Shown here piece by piece: positions 10,847-20,143 of a DNA stretch of 64,000 nt (position 1 is its first letter; each line of letters begins with the position of its first letter). The notes below the pieces were generated by a model. The model worked only from the letters and a program-made list of their open reading frames with translations. It made no database searches and was not told the DNA's origin. The DNA comes from an uncultured Planctomycetales bacterium (lineage in GTDB: Bacteria; Omnitrophota; Gorgyraeia; Gygaellales; JAHJCI01), in the NCBI GenBank assembly GCA_964592485.1, contig CAZQEY010000001.1:95935-159934 (forward strand), read 5' to 3'. Both the position numbers and the translations under genes were made by a program.

Positions 10847-11789
10847 TGATTCCTGCGTGTTCTGCTCGTGCCCATTGAACCATCCTTTTTAACCCCTCAA
10901 GCAAGTTAATCTTCGGCTCCCAACCAGTATCTTTTCTTATGGCATTAATATCAGCAAATATACCGAATGTATCTCCGGGTGTTGAATCACTGTATTTAAT
11001 TGGGTAGGCTAATGGCCCTTCGCCAAATGCCTCCAATTCTGCCTCTAAAAGGTCCTGCACATATGTTTTTAATCCAAAGGCAACATTATAACTTTTCCCA
11101 AAAGTTATAGAATTATCCAAACATTTCATATAAGCATCAATGACATCATCAATATAGACAAAATCTCTATAACGCCGACCAGACCCCTTTACTAATATTT
11201 CCTGTTTTTTTAAAATATACGCCATGTAAATACTAACCATTCCCTGACGCAGATTCTCCATATTCTGACCTGGACCGTAAACATTAAATAGGCGCAAGGA
11301 AGTTGTATTGATTCCTAATTTTGAATAAATTTTTAGATAATTTTCAGAAGTAAGCTTGCCAATTCCATAAAAGGATTTAGGCTTAGGTTGCGCATCTTCA
11401 CTGACTGGTTGAATTTCTTGATCGCCATAAATAGACATAGAACTTGTATATATAAAGCGTTCTATATTCTTTTTTAAACACCAGTCTAACAACATTAAGG
11501 TACTTAAACAATTAGTCTTAAGGTCATACTTGGGATCTTCGAATGAAATCTCTCCTGAGGATTGAGCAGCTAAATGAAAAACTGCATCAAATTTTCTTTT
11601 TGGCAAATGATTGCTGAAATCATCACTAGAAAGATCAAGAAAGGTAAAATCAGCATCTGCAGGAATATTACTTTTAAAACCCGTAGATAAGTTATCTATG
11701 ATATGGACCTGCCAACCAACTGAAAGAAGTTTCCGCGATAAATGCGACCCAATAAAACCAGCTCCTCCAGTTAGTAATGCTGCCTTCAT
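10839..11789 (-). CDS. NAD-dependent epimerase/dehydratase (GalE/WcaG-like)
   Basis: TGGAGFIGS, HLAAQSSG, YGIGK, RLFNVYGPG; start reassigned to ATG 11789. Confidence 0.9.
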   Translation of the reverse strand: MKAALLTGGAGFIGSHLSRKLLSVGWQVHIIDNLSTGFKSNIPADADFTFLDLSSDDFSNHLPKRKFDAVFHLAAQSSGEISFEDPKYDLKTNCLSTLMLLDWCLKKNIERFIYTSSMSIYGDQEIQPVSEDAQPKPKSFYGIGKLTSENYLKIYSKLGINTTSLRLFNVYGPGQNMENLRQGMVSIYMAYILKKQEILVKGSGRRYRDFVYIDDVIDAYMKCLDNSITFGKSYNVAFGLKTYVQDLLEAELEAFGEGPLAYPIKYSDSTPGDTFGIFADINAIRKDTGWEPKINLLEGLKRMVQWARAEHAGINE

Positions 11790-11796
11790 TCTATAT

Positions 11797-12732
11797 TCAG
11801 CCTTTCTTATAAATTCGTGCAATAAGTGTATCGCAATAACCTGTTTTTTTCATGCTTTCCAAATAGGTTCTCTCTAATTTTTCTGTAAAGAATGGTGAAT
11901 ATTTACCCTGGCCACCGGGCTTTCCTTTTATAGCCCAAGTTATGTGATTAGAAAGGTCATAACGCTGTTCTGGAATAATCTGGAAATCATCAGCAACCTC
12001 TTTTAAAACGTATTCCAAAGATTTTTTATTGAAGTAATAATTGTGTGCAACACTCCAATAGAATCTGTTAAATGCCGGGATATTATAAATACTTAACAAT
12101 GGATCGCTGCGGCTGGGGACTTCAAAAATCATGGTACCCCCAGGTGCTAGTAATTTAAACGCCTGCCTTAGAAAGCCAACTGGTTCAGCAATATGTTCTA
12201 AAACAAAAAAATGTAACACCAAGTCAAATTTAATCGATTGATATTGTGAATTCTTTAGTGTTTCTAAAGAATCAAAAACCTTTATTTTATTTTCTTTTAA
12301 GAAATTCGTAAAAACACGCGACGGTTCTATGCCTACAACCTCAAGCCCTTTCTTTTTTAGAGGTAGAAGCATAAAACCTGAAGAACAACCTATCTCTAAT
12401 ACCCGCTTTCCAGGAGAAAGTAAGTCAGAAAAGAAACGCAACCGCCTTTTATATTGTTTTTCATTAGATTTTAAATGAGCCTGAGGACCACTCCAGTCAA
12501 AATCCTTACCCGCTCGTTTTTCCATAAATTTTTCAAATCCCTTGGCATAAAAATTTCTTTCTTCTGTTTGGCTCATTGCCGGAAACAGAAAAGCAATATC
12601 GCATTTTAAACAGCGATAGAATTTTTGCAATTTAGTCCCGCCATAGACAAAATCTCCCACTATCTCTAATCTGCCAAGATTAGTCTTACATAGACGGCAC
12701 TTTTTAGGTTTATTATTTTCTTCACTCTTCAT
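11797..12732 (-). CDS. Class I SAM-dependent methyltransferase with N-terminal CxxC...CxxC zinc site
   Basis: CRLC/CLKC, VLEIGCSSG, VLEHI, FEVP. Confidence 0.88.
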   Translation of the reverse strand: MKSEENNKPKKCRLCKTNLGRLEIVGDFVYGGTKLQKFYRCLKCDIAFLFPAMSQTEERNFYAKGFEKFMEKRAGKDFDWSGPQAHLKSNEKQYKRRLRFFSDLLSPGKRVLEIGCSSGFMLLPLKKKGLEVVGIEPSRVFTNFLKENKIKVFDSLETLKNSQYQSIKFDLVLHFFVLEHIAEPVGFLRQAFKLLAPGGTMIFEVPSRSDPLLSIYNIPAFNRFYWSVAHNYYFNKKSLEYVLKEVADDFQIIPEQRYDLSNHITWAIKGKPGGQGKYSPFFTEKLERTYLESMKKTGYCDTLIARIYKKG

Positions 12733-12738
12733 AATACG

Positions 12739-13521
12739 TTATCTACGGGCTTTATTTTTATAAAGTGGCAATAATGGATCTTTATCTAAAAACATTTCCA
12801 CATGTCGTAAATCTTCAATGGTATCCACGCTATAAGTTTTATATTTGCTAAATACCATTTTTACCTTGTAACCATGTCCTAAGAGCCTCAGCATATCTAC
12901 AGATTCGATTTTCTCAAGAGGAGTTGGAGGGAGTTCGTTGAATTTAATCAAGAAATCACGTCTATAAGGAATAATACATACCTGCTTTAACATTAAAGCT
13001 AGGTCTTTATTCTTTTTTCGTGAAGGAATAGGCTCTCTGGAAAAATATAAGGCAAAATTATTGTTATCCACAACCACTTTTACCTCATTAGGGTCTTGGA
13101 ACTCTTCAATATTTTCTAAAGGAGACATAAGATTAGTAACTTGTATGTTTTCGTCCTTCAATATAGGCTCTATTGCCAAATCTATCATTTCAGGAAAAAG
13201 CATTGGTTCATCCCCTTGAACCATAACCACAACATCAATCTTTTCCTTTGTTGCCTGTTCGATTTTAAACATTGCTTCCGTAGTCCGATCAGAGGCTCTT
13301 TCATGGGTATCTTTTGTCATAATAGATTTTGCGCCTATGGTTTGAGCATAATCCATTATTTCTCTATCGCAGGTAGCAATATAAGTATCGCTTAACAACT
13401 CACTCATTATACTGCGGAAATAAACATGACCAACCATGGGAATTCCACGTATTTTGGCTAAAGGCTTTCCAGGAAAACGTGTGGAAGCCATACGTACCGG
13501 TATTATGGCAACTATTTTCAT
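12739..13521 (-). CDS. kdsB: 3-deoxy-manno-octulosonate cytidylyltransferase-like (CMP-ulosonate synthetase)
   Basis: IIPVRMASTRFPGKPL, VQGDEP, LYFSREPIP, LEKIESVDMLR, SVDT; probably a specialised paralogue. Confidence 0.85.
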   Translation of the reverse strand: MKIVAIIPVRMASTRFPGKPLAKIRGIPMVGHVYFRSIMSELLSDTYIATCDREIMDYAQTIGAKSIMTKDTHERASDRTTEAMFKIEQATKEKIDVVVMVQGDEPMLFPEMIDLAIEPILKDENIQVTNLMSPLENIEEFQDPNEVKVVVDNNNFALYFSREPIPSRKKNKDLALMLKQVCIIPYRRDFLIKFNELPPTPLEKIESVDMLRLLGHGYKVKMVFSKYKTYSVDTIEDLRHVEMFLDKDPLLPLYKNKARR

Positions 13522-14303
13522 TCCTTCCTGGCCTCCAGATGCTTTCTAACTTTTTCTAAATTATCAGCACAGGATTGCCTTAAAAACATTGTATCTAAAC
13601 TAAAGCCCAAAAATCTATAGCCTTCGTTTATTCTCCTTAATAACTCCTCCTCAGCAGGTGGAATAACATGAAAACCAGCCGGCTTCTTTATCTTCTGAGA
13701 TACTTGAATAATCTTTTTTAAGGCCTTTTTAACAGTTCCGTGTTCAAATTCTCCGGGAACTCCCAAAGAACCGGAAAGGTCATAAGGCCCCACTATAAAC
13801 CCATCTACACCATCAACCTCTAAAATATCTTCTAAGTTATTCACTGCTTCGATATGCTCGATTTGAACGATAACGATACTTTCATAATTGACCCACTTTT
13901 TATACTTCTCAAATTCAAAACCGTATCCTTGAGCCCTCGCAAGCCCAACGCCTCTTTTACCTAAAGAAGGATACTTTACTGCTCCGACTGCATTTTTAGC
14001 ATCTTCTTTTGTGTTTACCATGGGAACAATGACGCCATATGCCCCCGCATCCATTGTTCTTTTGATGAGGTTTGAATTATTCTCTCCCACTCGTACTAAA
14101 GGAGTAACTCCACAGAGTTCTATCACCCTTATTAATTCTTGTGCTTTATCTAAGGTTATAACACTATGTTCCATATCCACAGTTAACCAGTCAAATCCTA
14201 TCTTAGCCATAATCTCTGCAATGGCAGTATCAGCCAATGTTATCCATGAGCCAACAGTTAACTCCAGCCTTTTTAATTTATTTTTTAAAAAATTATTTTT
14301 CAT
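13518..14303 (-). CDS. HpcH/HpaI (GarL-like) class II pyruvate aldolase
   Basis: DWLTVDMEHS, GKRGVG, VQIEH, VGPYDLS; start reassigned to ATG 14303 with GGGGA RBS. Confidence 0.92.
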   Translation of the reverse strand: MKNNFLKNKLKRLELTVGSWITLADTAIAEIMAKIGFDWLTVDMEHSVITLDKAQELIRVIELCGVTPLVRVGENNSNLIKRTMDAGAYGVIVPMVNTKEDAKNAVGAVKYPSLGKRGVGLARAQGYGFEFEKYKKWVNYESIVIVQIEHIEAVNNLEDILEVDGVDGFIVGPYDLSGSLGVPGEFEHGTVKKALKKIIQVSQKIKKPAGFHVIPPAEEELLRRINEGYRFLGFSLDTMFLRQSCADNLEKVRKHLEARKE

Positions 14304-14338
14304 ACTAACATTCCCCTTTATTTTATATTGCAGACACA

Positions 14339-15067
14339 TTAGGCCTTCATACCCTCGAATCCTAAATGCTCTACAATAAACTCAAGCCACTTGATATCAT
14401 TTAATGTATGGACATCAACAAAACAATTATGGTTATGATAAATCTGCTTTATGCCTTTAATCTTCTTTCCTAGATAACTCCATGGCTTTATACCTTTGTC
14501 TCTATTCAACCAAGAATTATATTTAAAACACTCTACCGCATGATCAATTTCGTAAGCCTGGTTAACTTGACGAGATATGGGAACTTTAGTTTGTCTGTCA
14601 AGAAAATAAGGAACAAGCACACCATTTTCTATTCTCATTAATGCCTCAGGAATATATTCTAAGCTTCGGATAGTAACAACAGAATCATATTCTGGATTAT
14701 CAAGCAGAAACGTAATACATTTATCAAATATGTCGGGATCTCTAAACGGCACAACGCATTCAGGAAGAACAATAATATCTAAGTCGTGATACTTATTTTT
14801 GATAAAGTTAACCCCATGATCCACAGCCTGCATAAATTTTTCATTTTTAGCCAATTCATCGTCCCTTACAATTACCTCTGCACCGGCTGCCTGAGCAATC
14901 TGGGCAGTCTCCTTGCCGTTGGTGCTAACAAAAACTTTATCTACATTTTTAGAATTTTTCGCATCAACAATTAACCATTCAAGTAAACGCCTATCTTTAA
15001 TCTTCCAGATATTCTTGCCGGGTAAACCAATGCTACCTTCCTTTGCCAGAATCAAAACAGCATTCAT
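14339..15067 (-). CDS. Divergent acylneuraminate cytidylyltransferase-family protein
   Basis: ILAKEGSIGLPGKN, VFVST, VDVHTLND; the canonical RxxSK and QPTSP motifs are altered. Confidence 0.8.
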   Translation of the reverse strand: MNAVLILAKEGSIGLPGKNIWKIKDRRLLEWLIVDAKNSKNVDKVFVSTNGKETAQIAQAAGAEVIVRDDELAKNEKFMQAVDHGVNFIKNKYHDLDIIVLPECVVPFRDPDIFDKCITFLLDNPEYDSVVTIRSLEYIPEALMRIENGVLVPYFLDRQTKVPISRQVNQAYEIDHAVECFKYNSWLNRDKGIKPWSYLGKKIKGIKQIYHNHNCFVDVHTLNDIKWLEFIVEHLGFEGMKA

Positions 15068-15119
15068 AATTTTTACTCCTTTTCGTAAAATATTATCCTT
15101 TTATAAAAATAACCATCTT

Positions 15120-15869
15120 TCACAGTTGTCCGCCATTAACATCAATAGCAGCACCTGTCATATAATTAGAATCTTCACAAGACAAGAAAAGTATGACTTT
15201 CGCTTGTTGGATAGGTGAAGCTATATATCCCAAAGGAATAGATTTCTCCAATTGTCTCCTGCTTTTAGGCGTCAGGAATTTCTCTAACATAGGTGTTTTA
15301 GTTTGACTTGGGCATAGAACATTAACATTAATGTTATATCGTGCCAACTCAAAAGCCAATTGTCTGGTAAATGCAATAATGGCAGCTTTGGCACTAGTAT
15401 AATGTATGCCTGCTAAACTACTACGAAAACGTCCTGCAATAGAAGAAATATTTACAATCTTACCATATTTTCTTTTTTTCATATGAGGAACAACATATTT
15501 ACAGCATAAGAAACAATTTGTAAGATTATTCTTAACTATATAATTCCATTTCTCCAATGTAATCTCTTCAATTCTCCCGGACGCACTAATTCCTGCACTA
15601 TTAACTAAAATATCAATTTTCCCGAATTTTGAAATTACATCTTTAACCAACCGAACGACATTCTCCTCTTCACTAATATCGCCAACAAAAGGTACAATCT
15701 GTGCCTTTCTATAACATTTTTTTAGCTCTTTAGTTGCCTTTACTACAGCCTTATGGCTCCTTGAACAAGCTATTACACGTGCACCTTCAGAAGCAAAACA
15801 ATATGCTGCTTGAGCTCCTATACCCGATGCTCCGCCTGTAATTATTACTACTTTATCCTTAAAACGCAT
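15120..15869 (-). CDS. Classical SDR oxidoreductase (FabG-like)
   Basis: TGGASGIG, VNSAG, NISSIAG, YTSAK, DVNGG. Confidence 0.92.
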   Translation of the reverse strand: MRFKDKVVIITGGASGIGAQAAYCFASEGARVIACSRSHKAVVKATKELKKCYRKAQIVPFVGDISEEENVVRLVKDVISKFGKIDILVNSAGISASGRIEEITLEKWNYIVKNNLTNCFLCCKYVVPHMKKRKYGKIVNISSIAGRFRSSLAGIHYTSAKAAIIAFTRQLAFELARYNINVNVLCPSQTKTPMLEKFLTPKSRRQLEKSIPLGYIASPIQQAKVILFLSCEDSNYMTGAAIDVNGGQL

Positions 15870-15888
15870 ATTTCTAATTCTATTAATA

Positions 15889-16314
15889 TTATTTATGGCC
15901 TTCTATAAATACATGTTCCACATCCGGTTTAGTAATTGCAAACCGAATACCTGGCTCTTTCCCTACAACTTTAATACAATGCTTTTTATTATTCTTCACA
16001 AGAACTATATCATTCTCATATACCTTTTTAGTCCCTTCTCCCTCAATAAACCATTCCCATTCACCTTTTATAATAACCCAGCATTCGTCTGTATCAGGGT
16101 GATAATGCAACCTATTACCTTCTCCGGGCTTCTGAGCAATCAAAACACCACCAAATCGTTCATTATATACTATTCTCACTGCCCATGGCGGCTCTCCCAT
16201 TTTCCTGCCAATCTCTTCAAAAGATGTAACCGATTTATTGGCAGAACTATTAATATCTACATTTGCAATCCCGTCATCATGAAATATTTTATACAGGTTT
16301 TTCTCTCCATCCAT
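15889..16314 (-). CDS. Cupin-domain protein
   Basis: HYHPDTDECW...G...H cupin metal motif; GAGGAG RBS. Confidence 0.85.
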   Translation of the reverse strand: MDGEKNLYKIFHDDGIANVDINSSANKSVTSFEEIGRKMGEPPWAVRIVYNERFGGVLIAQKPGEGNRLHYHPDTDECWVIIKGEWEWFIEGEGTKKVYENDIVLVKNNKKHCIKVVGKEPGIRFAITKPDVEHVFIEGHK

Positions 16315-16482
16315 TACGTTTGCTCCTCTTTTTTAAAAGATCGTTGTTTAATATTATCAACTCACACACTCTATTCGTTCCACAGATTGTATATATAAAG
16401 TTTCATTATACATTATCTCTTTACTTCATTCGCCTATAGAAATATTTGATTTCTCTTAGAACAAAAACTGATAAAATAATTT

Positions 16483-18456
16483 TCAATCCTCCATTAGCCC
16501 TGTTAATGCCTTATCTACAAAATTATTAAAATATAATCGGAATTCTTCGGGATATCTATAATCTTTTAAATCTAAATCACTAAGGGGTGCCTTTACTGCT
16601 GTATCAAGAATCCGTGGCAAGCATTCCTTTAAAATCTCTGTCTCAGTTACATAATATACCGGTTTCTTCTCAACCTCGCTTAAGCTCTCTGTCACTTTTA
16701 TGTTAAAATGATTATACCTACTCCATTTATCATATAACACAACAGGCACCTTATTCTGTAGTGCTTCTTCTATACAGGTTGAAGAATAACTGACAAGAAG
16801 ATCAGCAATTGATAGAACAGCTTGGAATGAACCTCTATTTATTATTCTGACCTTATTACTCGTTGGTAGCAGTGTGCGGAAATCTGCCTCCGAAATATCA
16901 CATGTAGGATGTGGACGTATAACTAAAACTACGTCATCGAGTCTCTCTATGGCAGCGACAAGATCAGTAAGGCTTGAGATATATTCATCAAGTGTCTCAT
17001 CTATATGAAACCTCATGCCGTATCTGGCTTTTTGCGTTGAAGCATGCACAATAATTCTTGTGTTATTGTATACCCCAAGAATTTCATCCCTTTTTTGTTT
17101 TCGAAAATCATTATCTTTCTTAGAGTAAAGTAGTGGCCCAGAAAGAATTCGTGGCCTTGTATCTCTATAATAATTCAGAAATTTATCCGCCCAGGGAGTT
17201 TGAACAGCAACATAGCGATATGTATTGAGTATAACGCTTGTTCCTAAACGATAATTCTCAATTTTTTCAAATTCATTATTGGGTGGAACATGTGTCCCGT
17301 GGCTTATATTTAACGAACAGAGTTTTAAAAAATCACTCAATTCCCCCATTGTATAGTAAATACCCAAACTATACATTGACATTAGAAGTTTTGGTTGTAG
17401 ACGTTTTAAGATATTGGCTAACACCATTGTTGTATGCTGCAAAGAAAGAATCTCCTGTTTTAAGCCCTTGTAGGCTTTTTCTCTTAAATAAGAGCCGAAT
17501 GCAACGCCATTATAGACCAGCGATTTATTCATTTCCGAAAGAACTAACCTATCCAGTTTATCAAATTCTTCTTCGATTATCTTCTGCTGTTTAACATCTT
17601 TTCTAAAAATTCCTCTAATCAAATCAAGATGAATAATTGTTTCAAAGTAGTTCTTATTTTTAAATTTCTTTAAAAAATTAGATAAAGTCAAATATATTTT
17701 TAGCAGTTCCTGTCTGAGTGTTGATTTACCTTCCCAAATCATTATGCATCTAACATCAGCATTGCGCTGTTTTATCTCTCTCAATATGCTATCCATACGA
17801 TAGGAAAGAGCAGGAACAACAATAATCTTCTTACGATTAGGTTTTTTGGCAACACAAAATGCATAATCCATAATACTTATCAAACTGCCAATTGTATGTA
17901 TAACCTTTGTTATTAAAGAAATACCTAAAGTGCGCTTCTTAGTTTCTAAATGAATTCCATAAAAGGTAATTTTATTTTCCTTACAAAAATCTTGAGCCAT
18001 GAGTCCTAAAAATCTCTCCTCATTTTGGATGTAAGTATTTTTTGTGTACATTTTTCCTACATCTTTCGGCAGGCAGCAGTAAATTTCACTTATCGCATGC
18101 TTTTGTTTAATACCTCTAAGAATCTCGATAATCCAGAGAAAATGATTGATATACAAATGCAGGTGATGTATACATGTTTGCTCATATCCTTTTTTTATAC
18201 CAAAAGCATCTACAAAACATATCTTTTGCATAAATTGATTTACAAGCTCTTCGGTTTTCAGGATGATGCGGTGTTGTGCATTATTATCTACATAATCCAA
18301 CGTATCTTTCGAGTCTATCCCTTTATCTTTTAAGAAAGCACGGATCCTGGGATGCAAGCATACTGTAATCACATCTCCGGAATTAAAGAATCCTTTCCCA
18401 TATCTGCTTAAAATAATTTCTGCTTCATCTATAAACTCTAACAATATAATTTTCAT
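16483..18456 (-). CDS. Large orphan GT-B-like protein (capsule-synthesis/glycerophosphotransferase-like C-terminus), putative ulosonate transferase
   Basis: ISHG, VIRPHP, ADLLVSYSSTCIEEALQNKVPVV. Confidence 0.6.
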   Translation of the reverse strand: MKIILLEFIDEAEIILSRYGKGFFNSGDVITVCLHPRIRAFLKDKGIDSKDTLDYVDNNAQHRIILKTEELVNQFMQKICFVDAFGIKKGYEQTCIHHLHLYINHFLWIIEILRGIKQKHAISEIYCCLPKDVGKMYTKNTYIQNEERFLGLMAQDFCKENKITFYGIHLETKKRTLGISLITKVIHTIGSLISIMDYAFCVAKKPNRKKIIVVPALSYRMDSILREIKQRNADVRCIMIWEGKSTLRQELLKIYLTLSNFLKKFKNKNYFETIIHLDLIRGIFRKDVKQQKIIEEEFDKLDRLVLSEMNKSLVYNGVAFGSYLREKAYKGLKQEILSLQHTTMVLANILKRLQPKLLMSMYSLGIYYTMGELSDFLKLCSLNISHGTHVPPNNEFEKIENYRLGTSVILNTYRYVAVQTPWADKFLNYYRDTRPRILSGPLLYSKKDNDFRKQKRDEILGVYNNTRIIVHASTQKARYGMRFHIDETLDEYISSLTDLVAAIERLDDVVLVIRPHPTCDISEADFRTLLPTSNKVRIINRGSFQAVLSIADLLVSYSSTCIEEALQNKVPVVLYDKWSRYNHFNIKVTESLSEVEKKPVYYVTETEILKECLPRILDTAVKAPLSDLDLKDYRYPEEFRLYFNNFVDKALTGLMED

Positions 18457-20132
18457 TTCAATTTAACCGGCTGGTAGTTCTGCGATACATATATAGCCTC
18501 AACCTTTGAAGTATCAATATTATTATCCCTCAAATATTCTAAAGCTTCACCCATTGAAGAAACAACAAATCTTTTATTAAGACTGGCTATAAATCTAGCA
18601 AAATCTTCAAATTTTATATTTTTATATTTCTTAACAATGTCTGTCCTTAACAAGTCTCGATAATACACAGTAGCATTAAAACAAGCAAAATCACGGATAT
18701 TCATTATATCTGGATTACTATAAAACCCATCAATGTATTTATAGTCGCTGTAATCATCAACAAAGAAGATTGCGCCCTTGTCTGCGTATCGTCCAATTTT
18801 TCTATTAATTTCTTTATATAACCTATCCGGAGCCTTTAGAGCATTTTTTGAAAGGCCAAAAAGATTTTTTCGATAACAATAATCAAATCCATCAAAGACA
18901 GTCCATATGGTTACAATAAGATATAATCCTAAAATTCCTATTCCAATTTTACGCAAACCTTTCTTCTCCTCACGCAAGAATGAAACAACTACATCTGCAA
19001 TAATAATACAACTGGGTATTGCAATAGCATTAGTGACATCAGTCCGATAAAAAACAAAAATATATATTAAAAACAAACATAAGTATACAACAGTAAACGG
19101 ATAAGTCTGCGGCTTAATGCGTTTAAATATTATTACCATTAATGCAACAAATAGCAGAATAATAAAGATACCCAGGGTCAATAAAGTAACTATGAATTGA
19201 GTAGATAAATTCTTCAAAATCTCGCCTTTATTTTCTCTGATTAATCGCTTAACCACCTCTTTAAGCTCTCTCTTTTGTTTCAGTTTGTCAAAGATTAGCT
19301 GGTGGTAAAGCAGAGAAAGACCAGTAGACTTTATAAATAGTTCATTTGCCTTAAATGCATACCCCTGAATACTCCGCCCCCATTTAAATCTATAACTAAG
19401 AGGAATGGCATTGCCGGTTTTCAGGTATGCGCCTAGAGGAAATAAGGCCATAGTCATTGAGAGAACCAAAATAATCAATATTAATTGCTTAAAACTAATC
19501 ACTTTTTTTAGCAATGAAAATAAAGCAATGATGATCAGGAAAGGAAAGAAGATGAAACCGCTTTCATAATTAAAAATAGTTAATAGGAAAAAAAAGGCGC
19601 AGATTAATAAAGCAAATTTTTTCTTTTTGTGCACATATATGATGAGAAAATACAAACTTATCAGTCCCGTCAGTGTATTAGTTAAGTGTGAATGAAAACA
19701 ATTCCAGGCCAATGCCCTAAAGCCAATGTAGTAATTAATCGCGAATAATGTCCCTGCTAGAATTCCTAATGTTTTATCCTTGTAATATGTATTAACAAGA
19801 AGAAAAATAAGAAAGGCGGTTAGAATATAACAGATTACAATGATTAGATGGAAAAATTGGGGATCTATGGATACGGAGGTAATTAAAAGATTAATTAAAT
19901 TGTAAAAAGGCGCAAAATGTCCTCCTTGTTGAATATGCCCGCCAGTAGTATCGAATAGTAATGGTAAAATTGGAGAAAACTTAGCTTTAACAACAAATAA
20001 ATTTGTATATTGATAATCATCACTCCAATTGCCCGTGTTAATGGTAGCGATTAATAATGGTAAATTAATCAAAACAAAATATAGAAATATTGATATTTTA
20101 TTCCTAAAGAGTTTCGAGTATATTTGTTTCAT
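18453..20132 (-). CDS. Polytopic membrane protein, putative GT-C glycosyltransferase
   Basis: First-loop WSDDY acidic motif, NYESG, about 11 TM segments; neighbour of a DPM1-like GT2. Confidence 0.6.
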   Translation of the reverse strand: MKQIYSKLFRNKISIFLYFVLINLPLLIATINTGNWSDDYQYTNLFVVKAKFSPILPLLFDTTGGHIQQGGHFAPFYNLINLLITSVSIDPQFFHLIIVICYILTAFLIFLLVNTYYKDKTLGILAGTLFAINYYIGFRALAWNCFHSHLTNTLTGLISLYFLIIYVHKKKKFALLICAFFFLLTIFNYESGFIFFPFLIIIALFSLLKKVISFKQLILIILVLSMTMALFPLGAYLKTGNAIPLSYRFKWGRSIQGYAFKANELFIKSTGLSLLYHQLIFDKLKQKRELKEVVKRLIRENKGEILKNLSTQFIVTLLTLGIFIILLFVALMVIIFKRIKPQTYPFTVVYLCLFLIYIFVFYRTDVTNAIAIPSCIIIADVVVSFLREEKKGLRKIGIGILGLYLIVTIWTVFDGFDYCYRKNLFGLSKNALKAPDRLYKEINRKIGRYADKGAIFFVDDYSDYKYIDGFYSNPDIMNIRDFACFNATVYYRDLLRTDIVKKYKNIKFEDFARFIASLNKRFVVSSMGEALEYLRDNNIDTSKVEAIYVSQNYQPVKLK

Positions 20133-20143
20133 AAAAAGCTAAT

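Noticed and set aside
16315-16482. Internal promoter or sRNA in the 168-bp gap (contains TATAAT on the minus strand)
   Set aside because: No convincing -35 or extended -10 and the region is very AT-rich; cannot be supported
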